Positions 41,324 to 50,811 of a DNA stretch of 64,000 nt are shown piece after piece (within the stretch, counting starts at the first letter, position 1; the number at the start of each line of letters is the position of its first letter). The stretch is from an uncultured Acidobacteriaceae bacterium (GTDB lineage Bacteria > Acidobacteriota > Terriglobia > Terriglobales > Acidobacteriaceae). The DNA lies in contig CAWDJR010000019.1 of assembly GCA_963802565.1 (NCBI GenBank), forward strand, positions 44,870 through 108,869, given 5' to 3'. Both the position numbers and the translations under genes were made by a program. The notes beneath the pieces were generated by a model, which saw only the letters and a program-made list of their open reading frames with translations, searched no databases and had not been told where the DNA came from.

Positions 41324-41471
41324 CCAGTGCTCAGTTGTCAGTGAACAGTGGTCAGTTAGAAGCGGACCGGAGCGATCCACAGGCTCTGACAACAGAATCA
41401 ATTCATGGTGATTTGCAAGAAATGGGACAGGGTGCCCAACTGACCACTGTTCACTGAAAACTGACAACTGG
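41324..41471. repeat. inverted CAGTGNN-heptamer arms in the gcvH-gcvPA spacer
   Basis: Left arm 41324-41357 is ccagtgctcagttgtcagtgaacagtggtcagtt. Right arm 41438-41471 is aactgaccactgttcactgaaaactgacaactgg. The inner 19 nt are perfectly complementary and the loop is about 80 nt. Confidence 0.7.
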
Positions 41472-41488
41472 TCCCGGAGGGACCATCC

Positions 41489-42838
41489 ATGCGCTACCTA
41501 CCCAAATCTCCCGCCGAGCGGGAGCAGATGCTCAAGGCCATCGGCGCCAAGGCAATCGACGATTTGTTCTCCATTATCCCGGCAGAGTACCGCCTCGCGC
41601 GCGATCTCGACGTGCCGCGCCAGCAGGCCGAAAGCGAAATCATCGATTACTTCAAAGCGGCGGCGAACAAGAATGCCACCGACTATGCCAGCTTCCTCGG
41701 CGCTGGCTGTTATCGCCACTATCGCCCGGTGATCATTGACTCGCTGGTCCAACGCGGCGAATTTCTGACGAGTTATACGCCGTATCAACCGGAGATCACG
41801 CAGGGAACGCTGCAGGCCATCTTTGAATTCCAGACCATGATTGCGGAATTGACCGGCATGGACGTGGCCAACGCCAGCATGTACGACGGTTCCACGGGTG
41901 CGGCGGAAGCGGTGCTGATGGCTATGCGCGTGACCGGACGACATAAGGCGGTGGTTGCACGAACGGTGCATCCGGAGTATCGCGAAGTGCTGCATACCTA
42001 CTTGCAGTTCCGCGACTTGCCCACGACGGACATCGGCTACGCAGCAGAGACGGGCCGCGTCGATCTCGAGGCGCTGGCTGCTGCCGTCACCGAAGAAACC
42101 GCTGCCGTGCTGGTGCAGAGTCCGAACTTCTTTGGCGTCATTGAGGACATTCCGGCGATTGCCGAGATTGCGCATAAGAAGGGCGCATTGCTGATCGTGT
42201 CAATTGCAGAGGCTGTGTCGCTGGGTGTCGTTCGCCCGCCGGTTGAAGCCGACATCGTCAGCATGGAAGCGCAGTCCTTCGGCGTTGCACTCAGCTATGG
42301 CGGACCGTTCTGCGGTGTGATCGCAGCCAAGGAGCAGTTCCTGCGGCAGATGCCGGGGCGGCTTGCGGGGCAGACGGTGGATGGGAATGGCAATCGCGGT
42401 TTTGTGCTGACACTGTCGACGCGCGAGCAGCATATCCGGCGCGAGAAAGCGACTTCGAATATTTGCACCAATCAAGCATTGGTGGCGCTGATGGCGACGA
42501 TCTTCCTGACCGTCTACGGGAAGGAAGGCATTCGCGAATTGGCCGAGCACAATCTTGCCAAGGCTGCATACGCTGCGAAGACGTTGAGCGAGCAGCCCGG
42601 CGCAAAGCTTCTGTTTACGGGCGCTCCGCGTTTTCATGAATTTGTGTTGCAGACGCAGGAAGCGCCGGCGCAGTTTGCGCAGCGCCTGCTTGACGAGAAG
42701 ATTGTCGGCGGCATTGATCTGAGCCGGTGGTATCCGGAACTCAAGAACGCGACGCTGTGGTGCGCGACGGAAGTAGTAGCGCGCGGAACGATTGACCACG
42801 CGGCGAAGGTGCTGGCCGCAGCGCCGGTGGAGGCATAG
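41489..42838 (+). CDS. gcvPA: glycine dehydrogenase (decarboxylating) subunit 1
   Basis: Intact 449 aa. [15 protein letters not shown]..., [24 protein letters not shown] and ...[20 protein letters not shown] are all recognisable. Confidence 0.9.
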   Translation: MRYLPKSPAEREQMLKAIGAKAIDDLFSIIPAEYRLARDLDVPRQQAESEIIDYFKAAANKNATDYASFLGAGCYRHYRPVIIDSLVQRGEFLTSYTPYQPEITQGTLQAIFEFQTMIAELTGMDVANASMYDGSTGAAEAVLMAMRVTGRHKAVVARTVHPEYREVLHTYLQFRDLPTTDIGYAAETGRVDLEALAAAVTEETAAVLVQSPNFFGVIEDIPAIAEIAHKKGALLIVSIAEAVSLGVVRPPVEADIVSMEAQSFGVALSYGGPFCGVIAAKEQFLRQMPGRLAGQTVDGNGNRGFVLTLSTREQHIRREKATSNICTNQALVALMATIFLTVYGKEGIRELAEHNLAKAAYAAKTLSEQPGAKLLFTGAPRFHEFVLQTQEAPAQFAQRLLDEKIVGGIDLSRWYPELKNATLWCATEVVARGTIDHAAKVLAAAPVEA

Positions 42839-42955
42839 GTTCTGCAAGGATAGAGCCGGAGACCTTTGAGGTGGAATGGATGGCAGGTGAATACGACTTA
42901 ATGCTGCCGGAAGTCTCAACGAGTCTGTGGTGCCGACGTCCTGACGTCTCGGAGT

Positions 42956-43628
42956 TTTGTAACAAGGGCACGGCTTTAGCCGGGCCGTAAAAGCGAGTAA
43001 GAGGAGGACGGGGCTTTAGCCCCTGCCATGGCGCATCCTGCCAGAAACGCGTCGGTAGTTAACATCCTCAACCCGTCTCGAACGTTTTTCGTGACGACAG
43101 GAACCGACATGGGCCGGCGGATCCTGCAATCGAAACGCAATGCCGAGTTGCTGATAGAAGTCTTGCGTTCACTTGTCGCCGAACGCAGGTTTGAGCTACG
43201 CGATTTTGTGATCATGCCCGACCATCTACATCTGCTTTTGACTGTTCACGACGAAATGACCATTGAGAAAGCGATGCAATTGATCAAGGGCAGATTTTCG
43301 TACAGGCTGTCGCACGAGTTCGGGTACAAAGGCGAAGTTTGGCAGAGGGGATTCACCGAAGTGCAGGTAATGAATCGTGAGAGTTTTGAAAAGCACAGCG
43401 AATATATCGCGCAAAATCCGGTTAAAGCAGGAATCGTAGCTTCGGCGGATGAGTTTCCATTTTGTTTTAAGTATCTTTCGAAGAGGAAAACGGAAGCGAA
43501 GATCGGCAGGGGCTAAAGCCCCCATACATTTTGGCGAGCATTTGCGGCCCGGCTAAAGCCGTGCCCTTGTTACAAAGACGGTTTGGGTGTCAGTTTCGGC
43601 GCGACTAAAGCCGTGCCCTTGTTACAAA
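42956..43628 (+). mobile_element. RAYT/REP unit: tyrosine-transposase gene bracketed by perfect 32-bp inverted REP-like repeats, plus a tandem extra copy
   Basis: 42956-42987 (tttgtaacaagggcacggctttagccgggccg) is the exact reverse complement of 43545-43576. An inner 14-nt hairpin pair ggggctttagcccc (43010-43023) and ggggctaaagcccc (43509-43522) also flanks the gene. A degenerate tandem copy of the right repeat lies at 43597-43628. Confidence 0.75.
43028..43516 (+). CDS. REP-associated tyrosine transposase (IS200/IS605 Y1 HUH family, RAYT-like)
   Basis: 162 aa. VIMPDHLHLLL provides the HUH motif. A C-terminal ...HSEYIAQNPVKAGIV provides the catalytic Tyr region. The size fits RAYT/TnpA_REP proteins. 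Confidence 0.75.
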   Translation: MAHPARNASVVNILNPSRTFFVTTGTDMGRRILQSKRNAELLIEVLRSLVAERRFELRDFVIMPDHLHLLLTVHDEMTIEKAMQLIKGRFSYRLSHEFGYKGEVWQRGFTEVQVMNRESFEKHSEYIAQNPVKAGIVASADEFPFCFKYLSKRKTEAKIGRG

Positions 43629-43751
43629 GCGCGATTGGGGTGTCGGATTTCGGTAGTTTCATATCGTGCAGACAGCGTTGTTGAGACGCAGCGAAAATCG
43701 ATGGGCACTCAAGACGGGAAGAGCGATCAGAAACCAGGTTGAGGTATAAAA

Positions 43752-45315
43752 ATGGCAGCAGGGGAAAGCACAATCAATCGCAGCATCGGCAAGGTTCGTC
43801 CGCACCAGACACAGAACGAAGGGCTGGTGTTTGAGAAGTCGTCGCCGGGCAAAAAGGCTTACAAGTTGCCGCCGCTGGACGTGCCGGAAGTGGACCCGGC
43901 AGCGCTGCTGGGCGATGCGCACCGCAAGACGCCGGGCTTGCTGCCGGAGTTGAGCGAGATCGAGATTATCCGCCACTTCACGCGGCTTTCGACGTGGAAT
44001 TACGCCATCGACCTCGGCATGTATCCGCTGGGCTCTTGCACGATGAAGTACAACCCGCGCGTGAACGAATTTGTTTCGCGGATCGAAGGGCTGGCGGAGG
44101 CGCATCCTTACCGTCCTGAATCTCTGGCGCAGGGTGTGCTTGAAATCATCGACCTCCTGCAGCGCTGCCTCATCGACATTACCGGCATGGACACGATCAC
44201 GCTGCAGCCCGCAGCTGGCGCCCACGGCGAATTCACCGGCATCCTGCTGGTCCGCGCATGGCATGAGTCGCAAGGCAATGCGCGCCGCAAGATCATCATC
44301 CCTGATTCGGCGCATGGCACCAACCCCGCTACTGCGGCCATCTGCGGCTACCAGGTGGAGAACCTCAAGTCCAACGCCGATGGCGGCATCGATCTCGAAG
44401 CGCTCGCGCGACAGGTTGATGAAGATACGGCCGCGCTGATGCTCACGAATCCTTCTACGCTTGGAGTTTTCGAAAACGAGATTCACAAGATCGCCGACAT
44501 CCTGCACGCCAAGGGCGCGCTTCTTTATATGGATGGCGCCAACATGAACGCGCTTGTCGGCAAGGTGCGCCCGGGCGATTTTGGCGTCGATGTGATGCAT
44601 CTGAATTTGCATAAAACATTTTCGACTCCGCATGGTGGCGGTGGCCCGGGGTCTGGCCCGGTGGCTTGCAAGAAATTCCTGGAACCATTTCTGCCGACTC
44701 CAGTCCTTGCTCGCAGATCCGAAGATCCCATCCCAGGTCTCAAAATCGAGACCCGGAGCACCCAGTTCTGAGTTGCCGCTCTATTGGGAATACGACCGGC
44801 CGCAATCGGTGGGCAGGGTGCGCGCCTTCTACGGCAACACGGGCATGTTTATTCGCGCGCTGGCTTACATTCTTGCGAATGGACCTGACGGCCTGCGCCA
44901 GACCACGGAAGACGCAGTGCTCAACGCCAATTACATCCGCAAGAATCTCGAAGATATTTACGAACTGCCGTACAAGACACCGTCGATGCATGAAGTCGTT
45001 TTTAGCGACAAGCGGCAGGCGGCCAAAGGCGTGAAAACCGGCGACATCGCCAAGCGCCTGATTGACTATGGATTCCACCCCTACACGGTCAGCTTCCCGC
45101 TCATCGTGCACGGCGCGCTGATGATCGAGCCTACTGAAAGCGAGTCGCTCGAGGAACTGGATCTGTTCATCAACGCGATGCGCTCAATCGCGAAGGAAGT
45201 TGACGAGAACCCGGAAATCGTCAAAACAGCTCCGCATTCAACGCGCGTTTCACGGCTCGATGAAGTCCAGGCGGCGCGCAAACCGATCCTGCGCTGGCGG
45301 CCAACGACCAGCTAG
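43752..45315 (+). CDS. gcvPB: glycine dehydrogenase (decarboxylating) subunit 2; one frame interruption near 44706-44709 and an embedded 36-nt palindromic element
   Basis: ORF 43752..44771 gives ...CTMKYNPR...[22 protein letters not shown]...FLPTPVL. ORF 44632..45315 gives ...[22 protein letters not shown]...MIEPTESE.... Removing one T from cttg at 44706-44709 joins them. Confidence 0.85.
44730..44765 (+). repeat. 36-nt palindromic element, copy 2 (inside gcvPB)
   Basis: atcccaggtctc-aaaatc-gagacccggagcacccag is 33/36 identical to copy 1. It lies in the variable linker between PVL and YWEYDRP and is open in the downstream gcvPB frame, encoding ...[11 protein letters not shown].... Confidence 0.75.
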
Positions 45316-45773
45316 CGCCATTTGCATATGTGACTAAGTCCATATGCCACAAATGAATAGCGGAGACCGCGGTGTTCTGTGCGCCAGCCGGTAATTTTCG
45401 TCTGGAAGTTCACCTTTTTCTTAGATTATTGCAAGGTATTGATAAGGATGGCAGTTCAGCATATTCCAATTGCTTTTGGAATCAGGAAAATCGGATAATC
45501 GTGTCTCCCCAGGTTGCTCTAGAGGGCGTCCGTCCATAAGGGCTTCGGAACTGGGTGGTGCAAGTTATCCAACCGTTCAAATTGAGGCTAACCGTCGAGG
45601 ACAGGTAGCATCATCCGGCCGCGCCAAAGTGCGAGTTGCCTTTTTGCATTTGAAGGTATTAAGTTCCTTCGGTAGATTTGGGAGTCAGTTCACAGGGTAA
45701 GGCACGGACAAGCGCCGGAATTCTATCCTGCCGTACGAATCGCCAAGGCAACGTACCAAAAGGAGACTTCCCC

Positions 45774-47171
45774 ATGAAGTCCATGAAAGAGGATTCGGGA
45801 CAGACGCTGGTCATCATAGCGTTGTGCATGACCGTGCTACTTGGTTTTGTGGCTTTGGCGGTGGACGTGGGGTCGCTGTTTCAGGCTCGTCGAAGTATGC
45901 AAGTTGCCGCTGATGCTGCGGCGGTGGCGGGGGCACTCGATTTCAAGTACAACAACTCAGTTACGTCGGCAAAAGCGGCGGCCCGGGCAGCAGCGGTTGC
46001 CAATGGCGTGAGCTCCAGCTATATCACGATCAATATTCCTCCCTTGAACGGATATCACCAAACCAGCGGTTACACAGAAGCGATTGCGGTTGATCCGGCG
46101 CCGACGTTTTTTATGAACATGTTCCATATCTCCTCAGTGAATGTAACGGCAAGGGCTGTTGCGGGCTCGGGAATCAACAACGGATGCATCTGGGCGCTCG
46201 CAACGACCGGTGACGACGTTTCGCTGACCGGCTCCGGTTCCATAACCGCGCAGAATTGCGAAATCTACGACAATTCCAGCGCGAGCAATGCGCTGACGCT
46301 CACTGGAAGCGGTTCAATCACCGCCAAGGCGATTGGTATTGTAGGCAACAATCCTGGGTACAGCGTTACGGGGTCTGGAAGTCTGTCACCAAATCCTCCA
46401 ACCACCGGAATCGGGCCGGCGGCGAATCCACTTGCCCTGACGCCGCCGACTATTCCAACGATAACGGGCACTTGCTCCTCCAACTGCAATCAGAGCAACG
46501 CCGGCACGGGGAACCTGACGGTGCCGGCCGGAACGTACACATCGATCAGCAACACCGGCTCGGGAACTGTGACGCTTAGCCCCGGGACTGTGGTCACCGG
46601 GAGTGTATCGAACACCGGGAGCGGATCGCTGATTTTCGGAGCCGGAAACTACATCATCGGCGGGAATTTGACGAACACCGGGAGCGGGTCGCTGTCCCTT
46701 GGGGCCGGAAACTACACGATCGGCGGGAACTTCAGCAGCACCGGAAGCAGTTCGGTGTCGCTCGGGTCCGGGCTGTACGAAATCGGGGGCAATCTCAGCC
46801 TCACGGGTTCCGGATCCCAGACTGGCACAGGTGTCACCTTCTATACCCAGGGCAGCGATACGCTGACGGGCAGCGGCAACATGAATTTGACCGCTCCCAC
46901 CTCAGGAACCTACAACGGGGTGCTGATTTACCAGCCATCGAGTGACGCAAGCGCTATGTCTATCACCGGGTCAGGCGGAGACAATATCACAGGGATTCTG
47001 TATGCTCCCGCAGCGCAGTTGACCCTCACTGGATCGGGGAGTCTCCATGTCTCTCTGGATATGATCGTGGACACGTTGAAAGTTACTGGAAGCGGTTCGG
47101 TTGTCGACACCAATTATTCGGCTGTGACCAACACAAATTCAGTCCTTTCAAAACTCGTCATGGTGGAGTAG
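45774..47171 (+). CDS. TadG-like Flp-pilus assembly/pseudopilin protein with repetitive (T/N)TGSGS beta-solenoid-like core
   Basis: ATG 45774 follows AAAGGAG. The N-terminus DSGQTLVIIALCMTVLLGFVALAVDVGSLF is a TadE/G-like prepilin-type segment. More than 12 TGSGS motifs follow. Confidence 0.7.
   Translation: MKSMKEDSGQTLVIIALCMTVLLGFVALAVDVGSLFQARRSMQVAADAAAVAGALDFKYNNSVTSAKAAARAAAVANGVSSSYITINIPPLNGYHQTSGYTEAIAVDPAPTFFMNMFHISSVNVTARAVAGSGINNGCIWALATTGDDVSLTGSGSITAQNCEIYDNSSASNALTLTGSGSITAKAIGIVGNNPGYSVTGSGSLSPNPPTTGIGPAANPLALTPPTIPTITGTCSSNCNQSNAGTGNLTVPAGTYTSISNTGSGTVTLSPGTVVTGSVSNTGSGSLIFGAGNYIIGGNLTNTGSGSLSLGAGNYTIGGNFSSTGSSSVSLGSGLYEIGGNLSLTGSGSQTGTGVTFYTQGSDTLTGSGNMNLTAPTSGTYNGVLIYQPSSDASAMSITGSGGDNITGILYAPAAQLTLTGSGSLHVSLDMIVDTLKVTGSGSVVDTNYSAVTNTNSVLSKLVMVE
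46611..46799 (+). repeat. three tandem 63-bp (21-codon) repeats inside the tadG-like gene
   Basis: The units are 46611-46673, 46674-46736 and 46737-46799. Each encodes NTGSGSL.(F/L)GAGNY.IGGN(L/F)... The first two are closely similar at the DNA level. Confidence 0.7.
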
Positions 47172-47174
47172 CAA

Positions 47175-47666
47175 ATGAAACTCGCAAACTTCGCTCGTAG
47201 GTTCAGGTTGGCTGCGCTTGTGCATGTTCCTGCGAAGATCACAGGGGAAACTGGTGGTCCGATAGTGGAGACTGCGCTGGCCATGCCGGTTCTTGTGATC
47301 ATGCTGGTTGGAGCAGCCGAATTTGGCATGGCAACGTACAGCGCCATCGAGGTTTCGAATGCCGCAATGGCCGGGGTGCAGTATGGTGCGCAAAGCGCGT
47401 CGACGTCGGGCGACGTAACAGGAATTCAGACAGCCGCTGCGAATGACGCTCCCAATATCACGCTGGGAACCACGAATGTGTCCCACACCTGCATTTGTTC
47501 AGATGGGTCCGCCTCGACCTGTTTGTCGACGGACTGTTCCACCTCGCACATTGAAACGATTCTCACCGTACAAACGCAGACGACGTTCAACCCGGGATTT
47601 CGACTGCCCGGCTTGCCGAATACATTCACGATTCATGGACAGGCGGTCCAGAAGGTCCTGCAGTGA
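47175..47666 (+). CDS. TadE-like pilus assembly protein
   Basis: GGPIVETALAMPVLVIMLVGAAEFG forms the TadE N-terminal motif. Follows a GGTGGAG RBS. Confidence 0.7.
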   Translation: MKLANFARRFRLAALVHVPAKITGETGGPIVETALAMPVLVIMLVGAAEFGMATYSAIEVSNAAMAGVQYGAQSASTSGDVTGIQTAAANDAPNITLGTTNVSHTCICSDGSASTCLSTDCSTSHIETILTVQTQTTFNPGFRLPGLPNTFTIHGQAVQKVLQ

Positions 47667-48196
47667 GTGAGAAGAATCCAGCGCCATTACGGGGAGTTGC
47701 GCCGGGCCATGGTCGTCTTGTGCGCGCGATTTTCTCGCGGGTTTGCCGGGACAGCACCGGATCGGCGCTGGTTGAGTTTGCTCTGAGTTCCGTTGTTTTC
47801 ATCATGATGACGTTCGGTTTGATTCAATGCTGTCTTGGTCTCTACACCTATAATTTCGTCTCCGACGCCGCCAGGTTTGCAACCAGATATGCTGCTGTTC
47901 GTGGCTCATCTTGCAGCGGCATGCCCGACTGCGGAATCACAGCGGCCCAGCTTCAGGCCTATGTGCTGGCAGATGTCTTTCCGGGCATCAACAAGAACAA
48001 TCTGAGTTCATCGGTGACATGGTACAGCGCAAGCGCAAGCCCTCCCACCACCTGGACGGCTTGTGCAAATCAATGCAATGCACCGGGTAATGCTGTTCAG
48101 GTGCAGGTGACCTATACTTTTCCGTTGAGCGTACCGTTCTGGAGGAGTCAGAGCCTGAGCCTCACCAGCACTTCTCGGCTGGTGATCTCCAACTAG
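47663..48196 (+). CDS. TadE-like pilus assembly protein
   Basis: GSALVEFALSSVVFIMMTFGLIQ forms the TadE motif. The GTG start overlaps the upstream stop (GTGA). Confidence 0.65.
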   Translation: MSEKNPAPLRGVAPGHGRLVRAIFSRVCRDSTGSALVEFALSSVVFIMMTFGLIQCCLGLYTYNFVSDAARFATRYAAVRGSSCSGMPDCGITAAQLQAYVLADVFPGINKNNLSSSVTWYSASASPPTTWTACANQCNAPGNAVQVQVTYTFPLSVPFWRSQSLSLTSTSRLVISN

Positions 48197-48342
48197 CGGC
48201 GTCCGCTATTCGTGGTTGGATTTCGCGATCGCCGTTGTCCTGCTCCGCCCGGTGCTTTGATTTCCTCTTTTCCTCGATTGCCGGGGTTATTCACAAGACT
48301 CTTCTCTGAAAATCTCGGCGGGCTTCGCCCTACACTCTAGGT

Positions 48343-49733
48343 ATGGCCACCTTGCCTGACATCACTTCTCTTGACGCCGGATTACCCGCGAATATTGACG
48401 CGGAAAAGACGATTCTTGGCGCCATCCTGCTCGACAATGCAGCCCACTCCGAAGCCGCCGAACGGCTTGAGCCCGACGACTTCTCGCTCGATTCGCACAA
48501 GCGCATCTTTGTGCGCATGTCCGAACTGATGAACGAACAGCGTGCCGTTGACATCGTGACCCTGTCGCACGAACTGGCGCGCGTCAAGGAGATCGAATCC
48601 GTAGGTGGCGTGGCTTATCTGGCGTCGCTCACTGAGGGGCTGCCGATGCGGCCCGTCATCGAAGAGTACATCCGCATCGTCAAAGACAAGAGCCTGCTGC
48701 GCAAGCTGATGCTGATCTGCTCGGCGGCCATTGCGCGGGCGGCGGACCAGAGCGAGACGGCGCTGGAGGTGATCGGCGCTGCTGAGACGGCTCTGCTCGA
48801 AGTGAGCGAAAAAGGCGTCACCGGCGGGCTTGGAGCCGCTGGAACACATTGTTGCGCAACTCGTTCGGCAACATCGACAACCTCTACCGCAACAGCCGGA
48901 CCGTGACCGGGCTGGAGACAGACTTCACCAAGCTTGACGAGATGACCAGCGGTTTGCAGAAGGGCGAACTCATCATCATTGCCGCGCGACCGTCGATGGG
49001 CAAAACGGCCTTCGCTATCAACATGGCGCAGAATGCAGCGGTGAATCACCAGGCTACGGTGGCAGTGTTCAGCCTTGAAATGAACAAGGAGTCGCTGTTG
49101 CGACGCATGCTTTCGTCGCAGGCATGGGTCGATCAGCGCAACCTGCAAACCGGCTTCATTCGCAAGGAAGATCACGACAAGCTGGTGCGCGGGCTCGAAG
49201 CGCTGGTGGAATCGCGACTCTTCATCGACGACACGGCCGGAATTTCGCTGGCGGAGATGCGCGCCAAGGCACGCAGGCTGAAGCAGACCTACGGCGCGCT
49301 TGACCTGGTCGTGGTGGATTATCTGCAACTGATGAGCGCGACGCTGCCTTCTGCCGGCGGCAAGCGTTATGAGAATCGCACGCAGGAAGTATCCGCGATT
49401 TCGCGCGGACTGAAGGCGCTGGCCAAGGAGATGAATGTGCCGGTGGTGGCGCTTTCGCAGCTTTCGCGTGCCAGCGAGCGGCGCGGCGACGACAAGCGGC
49501 CCATGCTGAGCGATCTGCGTGAATCGGGCTCGATCGAGCAGGATGCCGACGTGGTGGCCTTCATTCACCGCGAGGCGTATTACAACCGCGACGAGGAGAT
49601 GTCGGAGTCAGACAAGGCCAAGTCGGAGATCATCATTGCCAAGCAGCGCAACGGGCCGACTGGCACCGTCCATCTCAACTTCATCTCGCGCTTTACGCGC
49701 TTTGAGAATCAAGACGTGGTGCACGACGTTTGA
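48343..49733 (+). CDS. dnaB: replicative DNA helicase DnaB; two frame interruptions (near 48829-48832 and 48863-48865)
   Basis: ORF 48343..48906 gives the N-terminal domain ([18 protein letters not shown]...). ORF 48849..49733 gives the RecA-like domain ([19 protein letters not shown], Walker A; VVVDYLQLM; SQLSRASE; [12 protein letters not shown]). The linker [10 protein letters not shown] lies in the third frame. Confidence 0.9.
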
Positions 49734-50148
49734 TCTGTTGAGCAGGCAAATCCTGGTAACTGCATCGTCGAGGACTCGACCGCAAGTAAACCTGAACAGG
49801 AACCGCAGTCACGCGTGTCCCAGGGTTCCGCTGCGCTCCACCCTGGGCTATTTCCATCCGATCCCTGCCGGAACTTGGTTTCCGGGGTCGCCGTTGATCG
49901 CTGAATTTTCAGGGCAGATCCTTCGTCACTGTGTTCCTCATCCGCGAGAGCTTCCGTCGATGGAAATTGGCTAGATGCTTAAGATGCCACAAGCTCCGAT
50001 TAGTGGGTTGGAGTTACCTGTAACTTGTGACAGTTGTTTGCTCATCGGCATTCATACATTGTGTGGCAAGACGTATCGGTCCCGGGGAAGCCTTCGCGGG
50101 AATTTCGGATGTCACTATCGGATTCTGAAACTGGCCTTGGAGGAAAAC

Positions 50149-50703
50149 ATGGCTGAAGCAATTCTTGGTGGAATCAAGCGTGCCTCGGGGTGGTCCATCG
50201 TTCTTGGCGTGCTCATCATCCTGCTCGGGATCGTCGCGATGATGGCTCCAATGGCGACCGGAGTGGTCGCCGTGTACATCCTGGCGTGGACTGCAATCTT
50301 TGGCGGTATCGCGCAAATTATCTATGCCTTTCGGGCCCATTCGGGTGGACGCATAGCTCTGGAAGTGATTCTGGGGTTGGTGTACCTTGCTGCGGGAATC
50401 TACCTCGTGTCGAATCCCCTTGCAGGTCTTCTGACTCTGACTCTGCTTCTCGGTGTGATGTTGCTTGGATACGGGGTTGTTGCGGTGATCCTCGCGTTTC
50501 AAATGCGTCCATCAAAAGGCTGGGGTTGGATGCTGTTCGATGCGGTGGTCACAGTCATCCTTGGCTTGATGATCATCGCTCATTGGCCCATCAACTCGGT
50601 GTGGGTTATCGGCACTCTGTTCGGAATCAGCATTCTGTTTAGAGGAATAACTCGCCTCATGATCTCGCTGGCCGTCCGACGCGTCGCGTCAGCCGTGGGG
50701 TGA
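50149..50703 (+). CDS. hdeD: HdeD/DUF308-family membrane protein
   Basis: ATG 50149 follows GGAGGA. It contains six TM repeats, for example GWSIVLGVLIILLGIVAMMAP and GWGWMLFDAVVTVILGLMII, as in HdeD. Confidence 0.65.
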   Translation: MAEAILGGIKRASGWSIVLGVLIILLGIVAMMAPMATGVVAVYILAWTAIFGGIAQIIYAFRAHSGGRIALEVILGLVYLAAGIYLVSNPLAGLLTLTLLLGVMLLGYGVVAVILAFQMRPSKGWGWMLFDAVVTVILGLMIIAHWPINSVWVIGTLFGISILFRGITRLMISLAVRRVASAVG

Positions 50704-50811
50704 GGGCGGATATAAGTGCGAATGCCTGAAACAGTCTCATTTTGACGAAGCAGGTTGTTTCCAATTTCGCTTCTGGTGTCTATGGGCGAACAACGGAGCT
50801 ATTGAGCCGGA

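Noticed and set aside
43545-43648. Tandem repeats of about 52 bp, and the heptamer arrays elsewhere, as a possible CRISPR array
   Set aside because: There are only two units with no unique spacers and no cas genes. The units are copies of the RAYT-flanking REP. The heptamer arrays have no spacers at all.
43659-44633. 324-aa minus-strand ORF, and the similar ORF 48615..49568
   Set aside because: They are antisense to gcvPB and dnaB respectively. The sense-strand products carry unambiguous conserved motifs and these ORFs do not.
45316-45773. Possible flp pilin gene in the 458-nt spacer upstream of the tadG-like gene
   Set aside because: No small ORF with the Flp signature (G-x-T-A-I-E-Y-G-L-I hydrophobic core) is readable in any frame. 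The listed 76-aa ORF 45470..45700 is basic and non-hydrophobic.
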